Source: Elusimicrobiota bacterium
GTDB taxonomy: Bacteria; Elusimicrobiota; Elusimicrobia; UBA1565
Length of the DNA stretch: 30,551 nt
Direction: 5' to 3'
Assembly (NCBI GenBank): GCA_043819795.1
Contig: JBDREN010000092.1
Span: 1-30,551, forward strand
Within the stretch, counting starts at the first letter, position 1. Each line of letters opens with the position of its first letter. Positions 9,966 to 18,544 of the stretch are shown here, piece by piece. The notes under the pieces were generated by a model that was not told the origin of the DNA, ran no database searches, and saw nothing but the letters and a program-made list of their open reading frames with translations. The position numbers were made by a program, and so were the translations under genes.

Positions 9966-10049
9966 TGGGCAGAGAGGGATTTGAACCCTCAAGGCCTTGC
10001 GGCCACACGGTCCTGAGCCGTGCGCGTCTGCCAGTTCCGCCACCTGCCC
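9966..10049 (-). tRNA. tRNA-Leu(CAG)
   Basis: GGGCAGG/TCTGCCC acceptor stem, anticodon arm CACGG-CTCAGGA-CCGTG, long variable arm, T arm GAGGG-TTCAAAT-CCCTC; CCA not directly encoded. Confidence 0.96.
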
Positions 10050-10083
10050 ATCGAGCAGGTCCGCACTGATTTGCTAGGATTTC

Positions 10084-10112
10084 ATTCTATTTCATTTCGT
10101 ATCATCGGTCAA
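10084..10112 (-). promoter_or_regulatory. Sigma70-type promoter of tRNA-Leu
   Basis: TTGACC (10112-10107) - 17 nt - TAGAAT (10089-10084). Confidence 0.75.
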
Positions 10113-10117
10113 GGAAG

Positions 10118-10594
10118 ATGGCAAAGAGATCGACCGGCGACAAGACGGTCGTCGCCTCCAACCGCAAGGCGCGGCACCAGTTCGAGATCCTCGAGGTATT
10201 CGAGGCCGGGCTGTCTCTGAAGGGCCCGGAGGTGAAGTCCCTGCGCGCGGGCAAGGCGCGCCTCCTAGGAACGTTCGCCCGCGTCGAAGGCGACGAGCTC
10301 TATATTCACAACCTATATATAGCGCCCTATGCCCAGAACACCCAGGAAGAGCTGGAGCCGACCCGCACGCGCAAGCTTCTCATGCGCCGGCGCGAGATAC
10401 GCCGCCTCAAGAGCGGCCAGGAGATCAAAGGGCTGACGATCGTGCCTCTCGAGCTCCACTTCCGCCGAGGCTGGGCCAAGGTCGATCTCGCGCTGGCCAA
10501 AGGAAAGCGAGGCCGCGACAAGCGCGAGAGCATCAAGAAAAGGGAGGATGCCCGGGAGCTGGGGCGCTCCTTCAAGGGCAAGTTCAAGGCGTGA
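10118..10594 (+). CDS. smpB: SsrA-binding protein
   Basis: NRKARHQF, EAGLSLKGPEVKSLR, RTRKLL, AKGK...DKRESIK. Confidence 0.97.
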   Translation: MAKRSTGDKTVVASNRKARHQFEILEVFEAGLSLKGPEVKSLRAGKARLLGTFARVEGDELYIHNLYIAPYAQNTQEELEPTRTRKLLMRRREIRRLKSGQEIKGLTIVPLELHFRRGWAKVDLALAKGKRGRDKRESIKKREDARELGRSFKGKFKA

Positions 10595-12381
10595 CGCTGC
10601 TCACCACGATCTTCTTGGGTCTGGCCCTGGGCGGCCTCAGGAGCACGTGGGCATGGACGTTCGCGGCGCTCCTGCTTTGGTCGACCGCCATGCGCCGCCC
10701 GCCGGACCTGCGGGCCGTCCCGGCCGCGAGGCTCTGGGGCGCGTGGCTCGCCTGGACAGCCTTGAGCGCCCTTCTCTCCGCCGAGCCGCTGCGGGGCGTG
10801 CCCGCGTTCGCCCGATCGGCCACCGCGCTCGCCGTGTTCGCGCTCGCCGCGGACCGCCTGCGCGAGGACGACCGGAGCCTGTGGTTTCATCTCCTCTGCG
10901 GCGCCGGAGTCGTCACCGGCTTGGCAGCCCTTCTAATCCAGGTCCCCAGCTACCCGGGTGTCGGCTTCCTCTATCCCTACTATAACTACACGGCCGCCCT
11001 GCAGGCGGCCGTATTCGCGGCCTGCCTCGGCGCGTGGGGTACGGGCTACGCGCGATCATCCCCGTGGCCGCGGCGAGGCCTGCTCGGCGCGCTGATGGTG
11101 CTCGCTCTCGGAGTCATCCTATGGGAGCGCTCCCGGGGCGGTCTTCTGGCCGCCGCCGTCGCGACCCTCTTCTGGCTGTGGCGGCGGGGCCAGCGCCGCC
11201 TCCTTCTCGGCCTGGCCCTGGCGGGCTTCGGCCTGCTCGCCGTCGCGCCGATCCGGGTGCTCGCCCCGGTTCTCAAGCTCGACAAGCGCGCCGCCTATGT
11301 CCGGCCGTTGCTGTGGAAGTCGGCGGCCGCGGTCGCGGCAGATCATCCGATCTTCGGGGAGGGACCCGGCCAGTTCGATCGGGGTTTCCTCCGCCACAAC
11401 TTCCCCTCATCCAGCGGATCCTGGCCGACCCGCTTCGGGATGCGCAGCGGGCACGCGCACTCGGAGCTCCTGCAGATGGCGGCCGAGACGGGACTCCCTG
11501 GGCTGGGGCTGTTCCTGGCGGCCCTCTTGGCGACGTGGCGCCGCACCCGATCGCGACATACTTCCCCAAGCGACCGGGCACTGGGCGCATCCGCGCCCGG
11601 GACCCAGGCCGAGCACGCTTCCCAGGAGGACCGGTCGCCCGGGTGGACGGGAGAGGCGGCCCGCACGGCCTTCGTCGCGCTGTTCACGCACGCGCTCGTG
11701 GACAACATCCTGGCTTTGCCCGCTCTCGGGTGGCTCTACTTCTCGACGCTCGGCGTCGCGGCGAGCGCGGCCGCGGGCATGGTCAAGCAACCCCGCCCCG
11801 CTGACAGCGGGACCCGCCACACGTTGACGGCGTACGCGTGCATGGCAGGCTTGGCCCTGGCGGCCGTATCCTGGTGGCCCGGGTGGGCCGTCCGCGCGTG
11901 GAGAAGCCGCGCGTTCGAGGCCACGGAACCCGCCGGAATACGCTGGATGGAGCGCGCCTTGCGTCTGATGCCCGAGGATCCCGAGTTGTGGGCGGACTTG
12001 GCGCGCCTGCATCTGCGCCGTCGGCCCCCCGACTGGCGAGGCGCTCTGGCCGCCCTATCGGAGGCCGAACGACGCGACCCGACCCAGGCGCTCAACCCTC
12101 TCATGGCGGCGGAGATCCTAAGCATGGAACGGCGCTGGGACGCCGTACGCGCCTTGTCGGAGCGGGCCCTCGCGCTGGAGCCCGCCTGTCCCCAGGCGCG
12201 CCTGTTGCGCGCCGAGGCGCTCTACCACCTTGGGAGGAAGAGCGAGGCAGCCCGGGAGTTCGAGCTCTTCGAGGCCTTCGGAGCTCAGGCGCTGCGCCAG
12301 CAGGATGTGATGGAGTACGGCAGACTCGTGCTCCGATACGACGACGCCCGCCGCAGGAAGGTCCGGGAACTCTTCAGATGA
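10591..12381 (+). CDS. O-antigen ligase (Wzy_C) family membrane protein with C-terminal TPRs
   Basis: GTGA overlap; SRGG, HPIFGEGPGQF, HAHSELLQMAAETGLPG; TPR-like ALRLMPEDPELW and ALALEP. Confidence 0.85.
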   Translation: MTLLTTIFLGLALGGLRSTWAWTFAALLLWSTAMRRPPDLRAVPAARLWGAWLAWTALSALLSAEPLRGVPAFARSATALAVFALAADRLREDDRSLWFHLLCGAGVVTGLAALLIQVPSYPGVGFLYPYYNYTAALQAAVFAACLGAWGTGYARSSPWPRRGLLGALMVLALGVILWERSRGGLLAAAVATLFWLWRRGQRRLLLGLALAGFGLLAVAPIRVLAPVLKLDKRAAYVRPLLWKSAAAVAADHPIFGEGPGQFDRGFLRHNFPSSSGSWPTRFGMRSGHAHSELLQMAAETGLPGLGLFLAALLATWRRTRSRHTSPSDRALGASAPGTQAEHASQEDRSPGWTGEAARTAFVALFTHALVDNILALPALGWLYFSTLGVAASAAAGMVKQPRPADSGTRHTLTAYACMAGLALAAVSWWPGWAVRAWRSRAFEATEPAGIRWMERALRLMPEDPELWADLARLHLRRRPPDWRGALAALSEAERRDPTQALNPLMAAEILSMERRWDAVRALSERALALEPACPQARLLRAEALYHLGRKSEAAREFELFEAFGAQALRQQDVMEYGRLVLRYDDARRRKVRELFR

Positions 12382-12382
12382 G

Positions 12383-12403
12383 CCGCCCGCCGAAGGCGGG
12401 CGG
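12383..12403. repeat. CCCGCC-GAA-GGCGGG palindrome, copy 2
   Basis: Perfect 9-bp stem CCGCCCGCC/GGCGGGCGG with GAA loop, directly after a stop codon. Confidence 0.7.
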
Positions 12404-12427
12404 GGCCCCTAATAACAAAGAGGTGTA

Positions 12428-12458
12428 AGCGCGGCAAGCGTGAAACGCTTGCCGCGCT
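12428..12458 (-). repeat. 31-nt palindromic element, copy 2 (may also act as terminator between convergent genes)
   Basis: Perfect 14-bp stem AGCGCGGCAAGCGT-GAA-ACGCTTGCCGCGCT. Confidence 0.75.
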
Positions 12459-13197
12459 AGAATCGAATCCCTACCCCGGAGTCGAAGCCGCTGCGGCCGT
12501 GCGTCAGCGTATAGCCCCCGTGCAGGTACACATACGCTTTCGGATGCACGGAAACGCCCACAGTGAATCGGCTCTCGGTCGTCGTCGCCGAACCGCCCTC
12601 GAACGCGGGGTCGATGACGGGGACGCACCGCACGACGACTCGAGTCCGATCCGCTCCGACGCCGAGGTAAGGCGTCACCCACTTGACCCGGACCGAGGAG
12701 ATCAGGTTCAGCCCGATGTGGGTGGCCGTGAAGTCCCGCTGCGTGACCGAGTGCGCCGACCAGGCGAGGAGAAACTGCGGCGAGCGGGGCTTGTCGGCCG
12801 ATTTTTTGATCCCGTAGCGTAGTCCCCCGCCGGCCACGGTGAGGCCCCGGAAGCTGATTCCCCGGATGTAGCCGTCGAGCCGGAACGGCAGCCCGATCTC
12901 CACCTGGACCCACGGGAGCCCGAAGGCCTTCACACCCCTTCTTCGGAGGATCGTGTTGCCCTTGCTGGGCTCGAGTTGGAGCCCGCCCCGGATGCCCAGA
13001 TCGAAGCCGGAGAAGCCCAGGTTCCGCCCGCTATGGAACGTCGCCGCGCCGAGGACGCTGCCAAGGTCACGAGTGAAGGGCTTCAGGGACCCGCGGTCCA
13101 CATACTGCTTGAAACCCCCGAAGGGGTCCCGGGCGAGCGCCGCCCTGGGGAAAAGGATACAGAGGACCGCCAATATGGCCAGGATATTCCTCATCAT
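12457..13197 (-). CDS. Exported protein, probable outer-membrane beta-barrel
   Basis: Signal peptide MMRNILAILAVL...ALA; amphipathic beta strands, TPYLGVG, C-terminal GVGIRF. Confidence 0.7.
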   Translation of the reverse strand: MMRNILAILAVLCILFPRAALARDPFGGFKQYVDRGSLKPFTRDLGSVLGAATFHSGRNLGFSGFDLGIRGGLQLEPSKGNTILRRRGVKAFGLPWVQVEIGLPFRLDGYIRGISFRGLTVAGGGLRYGIKKSADKPRSPQFLLAWSAHSVTQRDFTATHIGLNLISSVRVKWVTPYLGVGADRTRVVVRCVPVIDPAFEGGSATTTESRFTVGVSVHPKAYVYLHGGYTLTHGRSGFDSGVGIRF

Positions 13198-13210
13198 TGA
13201 CGGATTCCGG

Positions 13211-13240
13211 TTATCCACAAGGTTATCCACAGTATCCACA
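13211..13240 (+). promoter_or_regulatory. Three tandem DnaA boxes
   Basis: TTATCCACA 13211-13219, TTATCCACA 13223-13231, GTATCCACA 13232-13240. Confidence 0.85.
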
Positions 13241-13244
13241 GGTA

Positions 13245-13253
13245 ATTTTAACA
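13245..13253 (-). promoter_or_regulatory. Extended -10 promoter element for the beta-barrel gene
   Basis: TGtTAAAAT on the minus strand in an AT-rich patch. Confidence 0.55.
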
Positions 13254-13266
13254 AATTTTTCGTCCC

Positions 13267-15474
13267 CTATCCGAGAGCCCGCGCCGACTCCCTGCCGATG
13301 CCGGCCGCTTTCTGCAGCGCGATCCGCTCGCCGACCGTCAGGTTAATCTGGATGACGGCCTCCGCCCCGCGAGCCCCAAGCTTGACCGGCACCCCGAGAA
13401 AGATACCGTCGACGCCGTACTCCCCCTCGAGGCGGACGGCGCAGGGCATGACCTTCTTCTTGTCCTCGAGGATGGCTTCCACCATCTCAGCCGCGGCGCC
13501 GGCCGGGGTGCGGCAGATCGGGTCCCTGCCGGACGGCCTTCCGGTCGCGCCCTCTTCCCGCGCCCGGCGGGTCATGGTCTCGATCTTCTCGGCCGGCAGC
13601 AGCTCGCCGACCGGCACGCCGCCGATCCGCTCCAGGCGCCGCTCGAGCTCCTCTCGCCTCGCCGCGTCGCCCTGCAGCGCCGCCGCCTCGCCGAGCTCCT
13701 TGAGCGCGGGGCTGTAGGTCGGGTGCAGCAGGACCGCCGCCTCAAGCGCCTTGCGGGCCTCCCCGAGCCGGTCCTCCCCCGCCCATCGGAACCGGCGCAG
13801 CTCGGCCAGGCCCAGCAGGCGATGCATCTCCGCCTCATGCGGCCGGCGCCGGACGCCCTCGAGGGCTATCTCCGCGGCCCGGCGCAGCAGCACGCGGCGC
13901 TCCTCGGGGCCCGCGCCGCCGGCCGCGTCCCACAGCAGGTTCATCAGATCGAAACGATAGGCGAGGGTCCCGGGCCTGAAGGCCAGCGCCCTCTCGTAGT
14001 GCCCGGCCGCCTCCCGCGGCCTCCCCTCGCGGCGCGCCCGGCGGCCCAACAGGTCGCAGCGGTCGCCCGCGAGCATGCCCGCCCCCACGAAGGCGGTCCA
14101 GAGGGCCGAGCAGACCAGCAGGCAGACCCCGCCCATCCGGCTCAACGCCGCGAGGGACCCCTCCGGCCGTCTCCCTCGCGGCGAGTCCGCGAGGGAAAAA
14201 CCGGCCAGGAGCGCCGCCGGCCAAGCGACGCCCAACGAAGGGGAGTTGAACTTCGCGTGAACGAGGACGGCGACGACGGCCGCCAGCAGGGCGGCCACCA
14301 CGCGGCGCTGGGCCCCGGCCAGCGCCGCCCCGGCGGCGCGGAAAGCCGCCACATGCAGCCAAAGGTAGCAGGCGATCCCCGCCAGCCCCATGGTGGCGAG
14401 GATCTCGAGCCAGTCGTTGTGCGCATGGCCGAAAGAGATCACCACGTTCGTGACGCGGGCGGACTCCTCGCTTCTGCGTCTTCGAAAGCCGATCGTGAAG
14501 GTTCCCGGGCCCGAGCCCAGCCAGGGGCGCTGACGGAACTCCTCGAAGGCGATGCGCCAAGCCATGACCCGGGCCGTATCCGCCGCGCGCACGTGGGCCG
14601 CGACGCGCCGGAACGATCCCGCCGCGAAAAATCCGCCCAACAGGACGGCCGGGAGGACCACCACAGCCGCGCGGCGAAGAACGGCGGGGTTCGCGGCGCC
14701 CGATGTCCTCATCAGGCGCCGGCAGAGGAGCAAGTAGACGAGCACCCCCCCCGCGGCCCCGATCCAGGCTCCACGCGATCCCGATAACGCGAGGGCGGGC
14801 AGGCCGAAGACGAGAGCCGTCAGGCCGAGCGCCCGGGGCTGTTGCCGGGTACCGGCCTTCCCGCCGAGGGCCTGATGCAGGGCCAGCGGCGTCACCATCG
14901 CCAGGTAGGCCCCGAGATGAGTGGGGACGCCGAACGTCGATCCGGGCCTGACGGCCGGCGCGCCGCCGTTCCGGAAGAGCGGATCGAAGCCGAGCGCCTG
15001 AGCGACCGCGTAGACCGAGACGGGGACGGATGCGGCCGACATCCACCGGATGAGCCGTTCGCCTCCGCCGGGCGGCTCCCCCTCCCCTTCCGGCCCACGC
15101 CGCACGGCGCACCCCAGATAGAACGCCCCCACGCAGGCCGCCAGACCCGGCAGGCCCAGAAGGGTGTACTGGTCGGGCCCGAACCAGCTGAGGCTCCCGT
15201 CCACGGAGGCTGCGGCCGAGACCACGGCGACGGCGCAGAAGGCCGCCAGAGGCGCGTCCACCCGGGACGCGACGGGGGTGAGCCCGCGGGCGCCTTCCGA
15301 GCGGACGCGTCCCAGGATGAACGCCGCCGCGGCGAGCGTGAGGCACAGCCCGGCCGCGGCCAGCTTCGGGATCAGGTAGGCGTCGCGAAGAAAGGGCGCG
15401 CAGACCAGCGGGAGCCCGGCCGCCGCGGCCAGCGCCACGCCGCGCGCGAATCGCTCATAGCGGGATGTTCCCAT
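13267..15474 (-). CDS. O-antigen ligase/TPR protein fused in frame to a malate dehydrogenase C-terminal fragment
   Basis: GSTFGVP, SGSRGAW, PWLGSGPGTF, HAHNDWLE, TPRs; last ~120 aa (AEMVEAILEDKKKVMPCAVRLEGEYGVDGIFLGVPVKLG) are MDH-like. Confidence 0.85.
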   Translation of the reverse strand: MGTSRYERFARGVALAAAAGLPLVCAPFLRDAYLIPKLAAAGLCLTLAAAAFILGRVRSEGARGLTPVASRVDAPLAAFCAVAVVSAAASVDGSLSWFGPDQYTLLGLPGLAACVGAFYLGCAVRRGPEGEGEPPGGGERLIRWMSAASVPVSVYAVAQALGFDPLFRNGGAPAVRPGSTFGVPTHLGAYLAMVTPLALHQALGGKAGTRQQPRALGLTALVFGLPALALSGSRGAWIGAAGGVLVYLLLCRRLMRTSGAANPAVLRRAAVVVLPAVLLGGFFAAGSFRRVAAHVRAADTARVMAWRIAFEEFRQRPWLGSGPGTFTIGFRRRRSEESARVTNVVISFGHAHNDWLEILATMGLAGIACYLWLHVAAFRAAGAALAGAQRRVVAALLAAVVAVLVHAKFNSPSLGVAWPAALLAGFSLADSPRGRRPEGSLAALSRMGGVCLLVCSALWTAFVGAGMLAGDRCDLLGRRARREGRPREAAGHYERALAFRPGTLAYRFDLMNLLWDAAGGAGPEERRVLLRRAAEIALEGVRRRPHEAEMHRLLGLAELRRFRWAGEDRLGEARKALEAAVLLHPTYSPALKELGEAAALQGDAARREELERRLERIGGVPVGELLPAEKIETMTRRAREEGATGRPSGRDPICRTPAGAAAEMVEAILEDKKKVMPCAVRLEGEYGVDGIFLGVPVKLGARGAEAVIQINLTVGERIALQKAAGIGRESARALG

Positions 15475-16999
15475 GCTTCTTCTCGACCCGCGGCGTCCGC
15501 TTGTCTCGCAGGAACTCGAAGGCCCGGATCACCTTCGGGCGGGTGGCCCGGGCATCGATCACCTCGTCGATGTAGCCGCGGCTCGCCGCCAGGTAGGGGT
15601 TGGCGAACTGCCGGGTGTAGTGATCCACGAGCTCCTGCCGGCGCCGCCCGGGATCGGCGGCCTTGCGGATATCGCGCGCGAAGAGGATGTTGACCGCGCC
15701 CTGCGAGCCCATGACCGCGATCTCGGCGCAGGGCCAGGCGTAGTTAAAATCCCCGCGCACGTGCTTGGAGCTCATCACGTCGTAGGCGCCGCCGTAGGCC
15801 TTCTTGAGCACGACGGTGACCCTGGGGACCGTGGACTGGCAGTAGGCGTAGAGGAGCTTCGCCCCCTTGCGGATGATCCCGCCGTGCTCCTGCTCGATGC
15901 CCGGCCAATAGCCCGGGACGTCCACCAGGGTCAACAGCGGGATGTTGAAGGCGTCGCAGAACCGGACGAAGCGCCCGCCCTTCTCGGAGGAGGAGATGTC
16001 GAGGGCCCCCGAGCGCGCCTGGGGGTTGTTCGCGACGACGCCGACCGCGCGTCCGGCGAGGCGGATGAAGCCGCAGACGATGTTCCGCGCGAAGCCGCGG
16101 TGCACCTCGAAGAAGCCTCGGTCGTCGGCGACCTCCCGGATGACATCGTGGACGCTGTAGGGGCGGCGCGGGTCCATCCGCGCGATCTCGTCGAGCGCCG
16201 GGGACTCCCGCTTCGGGTCGTCGGTCGAGGGACGCGCGATCGGCCTCTCGAAACAGCTGGCCGGAAGATAGTCCAAGAGCTCCCGGATCTGCCGGAAGCA
16301 GTCCTGCTCCGAGTTGGCGAGGAAGTGGCAGACGCCCGACTTCGTGCAGTGGGCCTCGGTCCCGCCGAGGCTCTCGAAGTCGGCCTCCTCCCCGGTCGCC
16401 GCCCTGATGACCTCGGGGCCCGTGATGAACATGTGGCTGATGCCCTTCACCATGAAGATGAAGTCGGTCATGGCCGGGGAGTAGACCGCGCCCCCGGCGC
16501 AGGGGCCCAGGATCGCCGAGATCTGCGGGATGCGTCCGGACGACTGGACGTTGCGGTAGAAGATCTCGGCGTAGCCCCCGAGAGCCTCGACGCCCTCCTG
16601 GATGCGCGCGCCGCCCGAGTCGCACAGCCCGATGACCGGGACGCCGTTCTCGAGCGCGAGGTCCATGACCTTGCAGATCTTCTCGGCGTGCGCCAGGCCG
16701 AGCGAGCCGCCGAGGACCGTGAAGTCCTGGCTGTAGACGCACACGTCGCGGCCGCGGATGCGCCCGATCCCCGTGACGACGCCGTCGGCCGGCAGCTCCT
16801 TGTCGGCCAGACCGAACTCCCGGGAGTGCGTCCGGCGCAGGAGGTCGAGCTCATGGAAGCTTCCGTCGTCGAGCAGCAGATCGAGCCGCTCGCGGGCCAG
16901 GAGCTTGCCGGCCTTCTTCTGGGCCGCGGCCTGCTTCTCCCCGCCGTTCGCCTTGGCGCGCTCGACGCGCCCGCGCAGCTCCATGATCTTGTCGGTCAT
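15455..16999 (-). CDS. pccB: Acyl-CoA carboxyltransferase (propionyl-CoA carboxylase beta / methylmalonyl-CoA decarboxylase alpha type)
   Basis: QDFTVLGGSLG, DSGGARIQEG, GPCAGGAVYSPA, KAYGGAY, KKHGNIPL. Confidence 0.92.
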   Translation of the reverse strand: MTDKIMELRGRVERAKANGGEKQAAAQKKAGKLLARERLDLLLDDGSFHELDLLRRTHSREFGLADKELPADGVVTGIGRIRGRDVCVYSQDFTVLGGSLGLAHAEKICKVMDLALENGVPVIGLCDSGGARIQEGVEALGGYAEIFYRNVQSSGRIPQISAILGPCAGGAVYSPAMTDFIFMVKGISHMFITGPEVIRAATGEEADFESLGGTEAHCTKSGVCHFLANSEQDCFRQIRELLDYLPASCFERPIARPSTDDPKRESPALDEIARMDPRRPYSVHDVIREVADDRGFFEVHRGFARNIVCGFIRLAGRAVGVVANNPQARSGALDISSSEKGGRFVRFCDAFNIPLLTLVDVPGYWPGIEQEHGGIIRKGAKLLYAYCQSTVPRVTVVLKKAYGGAYDVMSSKHVRGDFNYAWPCAEIAVMGSQGAVNILFARDIRKAADPGRRRQELVDHYTRQFANPYLAASRGYIDEVIDARATRPKVIRAFEFLRDKRTPRVEKKHGNIPL

Positions 17000-17406
17000 C
17001 GTTCTCCCACGAGCTCGATGAGGGCGCCTCCGGCGTGCCGCGGATGCACGAAGCAGACCGAGTGGCCCCGCGAGCCCGGGCGCGGCTTGTCCTCGATCGG
17101 CGGATGTCCGGTCCGGCGCAGGCGGTCCATCTCCGCGGCGACGTCGCCGGCGCGGAACGCCAAGTGGTGCATCCCGGGCCCGCGCGAGGCGAGGAAACGC
17201 GCCACCGCGCCCTCATCCCCCATCGGCTCGAGCAGCTCCACCTGGGCCGCGCCATCCGGGTCCTCCGGGTCGCCGAGGAACGCCACCCGTACGTGCTGGG
17301 CCGGGACATCCTCGCGGTGCGTCACCTCGAGCCCGAACGCCTCCTTGTATAGCGCCGCGGCCCGCTCGATGTCCCGCACCGCGATCCCGACGTGGTCCAA
17401 TTTCAC
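16996..17406 (-). CDS. mce: Methylmalonyl-CoA epimerase
   Basis: GTG start; DHVGIAV, VELLEP, GMHHLAF, FVHP...GGALIELV; operon context. Confidence 0.93.
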   Translation of the reverse strand: MKLDHVGIAVRDIERAAALYKEAFGLEVTHREDVPAQHVRVAFLGDPEDPDGAAQVELLEPMGDEGAVARFLASRGPGMHHLAFRAGDVAAEMDRLRRTGHPPIEDKPRPGSRGHSVCFVHPRHAGGALIELVGER

Positions 17407-17455
17407 AGTGTCCCCCCGCGGGGGACGCTGTGGCAGTGGAGGGGGGCGCGGTTCT

Positions 17456-17489
17456 CCCTCTCCCCACGGGAGAGGGTCCGGGGTGAGGG
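17456..17489. repeat. BoxC-like palindromic repeat, solo copy
   Basis: CCCTCTCCC-CAC-GGGAGAGGG-TCCGGGGTGAGGG in the meaB-mce spacer; same motif at 28903-28957. Confidence 0.8.
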
Positions 17490-17500
17490 GCGTCGTTTCT

Positions 17501-18544
17501 TCACCAGTCCCTTCCTCCCTTTCTCGCAAGTCTCTTCCCGATCGTCAGCAGATCCGCCTTATTCTCCAGCAGCATGTCGATGTGCCGCTCCGTGATCCGC
17601 TCGACGATGTCGCGGTATATCCTCCGCGAGACCGTCAGGGCCAGCTCCTTGCGCAGCTGGCGCCTGCGCCGCCGCAGGCCCTCGCCGGAGCTCCGGAGCG
17701 CGTCGCGGTGCGCGTCGATGAGCGCGCAGAGCTCTCCCACGCCCTTGCCGGTCTTGGAGGAGACCGCCGCGACCTGCGGCTCCCAGCAGTAGCCGCCGGG
17801 ACAACCGTCCGGACGGCGGGTGGGGCCGAGGCCCAGCGCCTCGCGCAGCGCGGCCGCGGCGTTTCCCGCCTCGTCAAGGTCGGCCTTGTTGACGGCGAAA
17901 AGGTCGCCGATCTCCATCATCCCGGCCTTCATGCCCTGGAACTCGTCTCCCTGGTAGGGGGCCGTGACGCAGACGACGGTGTCCGCGACCTCGGCGATGT
18001 CCACCTCGTCCTGGCCGGTGCCCACGGTCTCGATGAGGATCCGGTCGAAGCCGCAGGCCTCGAGCACGTGGACCGCGGCGAAGATCGTGGCGTTGAGCCC
18101 TCCCACCATGCCGCGCGACGCGATGCTGCGCATGAAGACGCCCTCGTCGAGGGCGTGCCGCTGGATGCGGAGCCGGTCGCCGAGGAACGCCCCTCCGGTG
18201 AAGGGGCTCGTCGGGTCGACCGCGAGCACCCCGACCCGGCAGCCGCGCCGCCGGGCGGTCCCGCGGCCGTCCCCGCTTCGGCAACCGCGGAAACGGCCGA
18301 TCAAACGGCTGATCAGGCTCGACTTCCCGCTGCCGGGAGGGCCGCACAACCCGATCTTGTGGGAGCGGCCGTGGCGGGAGAAGAACGCCCGCGCCAGCGC
18401 CTCGTAGCCCTCGGACTCGTCGATGACCAGGCTCAGCGCCCGGGAGAGCGCCGCCTGGTCGCCGCGCCGCGCGCGCCGGGCGAGGTCCTCCGCCGCGGAC
18501 CGGCCCCGCCTGGCGGAAGCGGGCCTTTTTCTAGCGGGGGGCAT
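17501..18544 (-). CDS. meaB: Methylmalonyl-CoA mutase-associated GTPase MeaB/ArgK
   Basis: [47 protein letters not shown]. Confidence 0.93.
   Translation of the reverse strand: MPPARKRPASARRGRSAAEDLARRARRGDQAALSRALSLVIDESEGYEALARAFFSRHGRSHKIGLCGPPGSGKSSLISRLIGRFRGCRSGDGRGTARRRGCRVGVLAVDPTSPFTGGAFLGDRLRIQRHALDEGVFMRSIASRGMVGGLNATIFAAVHVLEACGFDRILIETVGTGQDEVDIAEVADTVVCVTAPYQGDEFQGMKAGMMEIGDLFAVNKADLDEAGNAAAALREALGLGPTRRPDGCPGGYCWEPQVAAVSSKTGKGVGELCALIDAHRDALRSSGEGLRRRRRQLRKELALTVSRRIYRDIVERITERHIDMLLENKADLLTIGKRLARKGGRDW

Noticed and set aside
9966..10594. tRNA/smpB as island integration site, or ssrA nearby
   Set aside because: No integrase, no duplicated tRNA 3' end and no tmRNA ends seen
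13198..13254. N-terminal extension MLKLPVDTVDNLVDN of the beta-barrel ORF
   Set aside because: It is the translation of the DnaA boxes and promoter; the signal peptide begins at 13197
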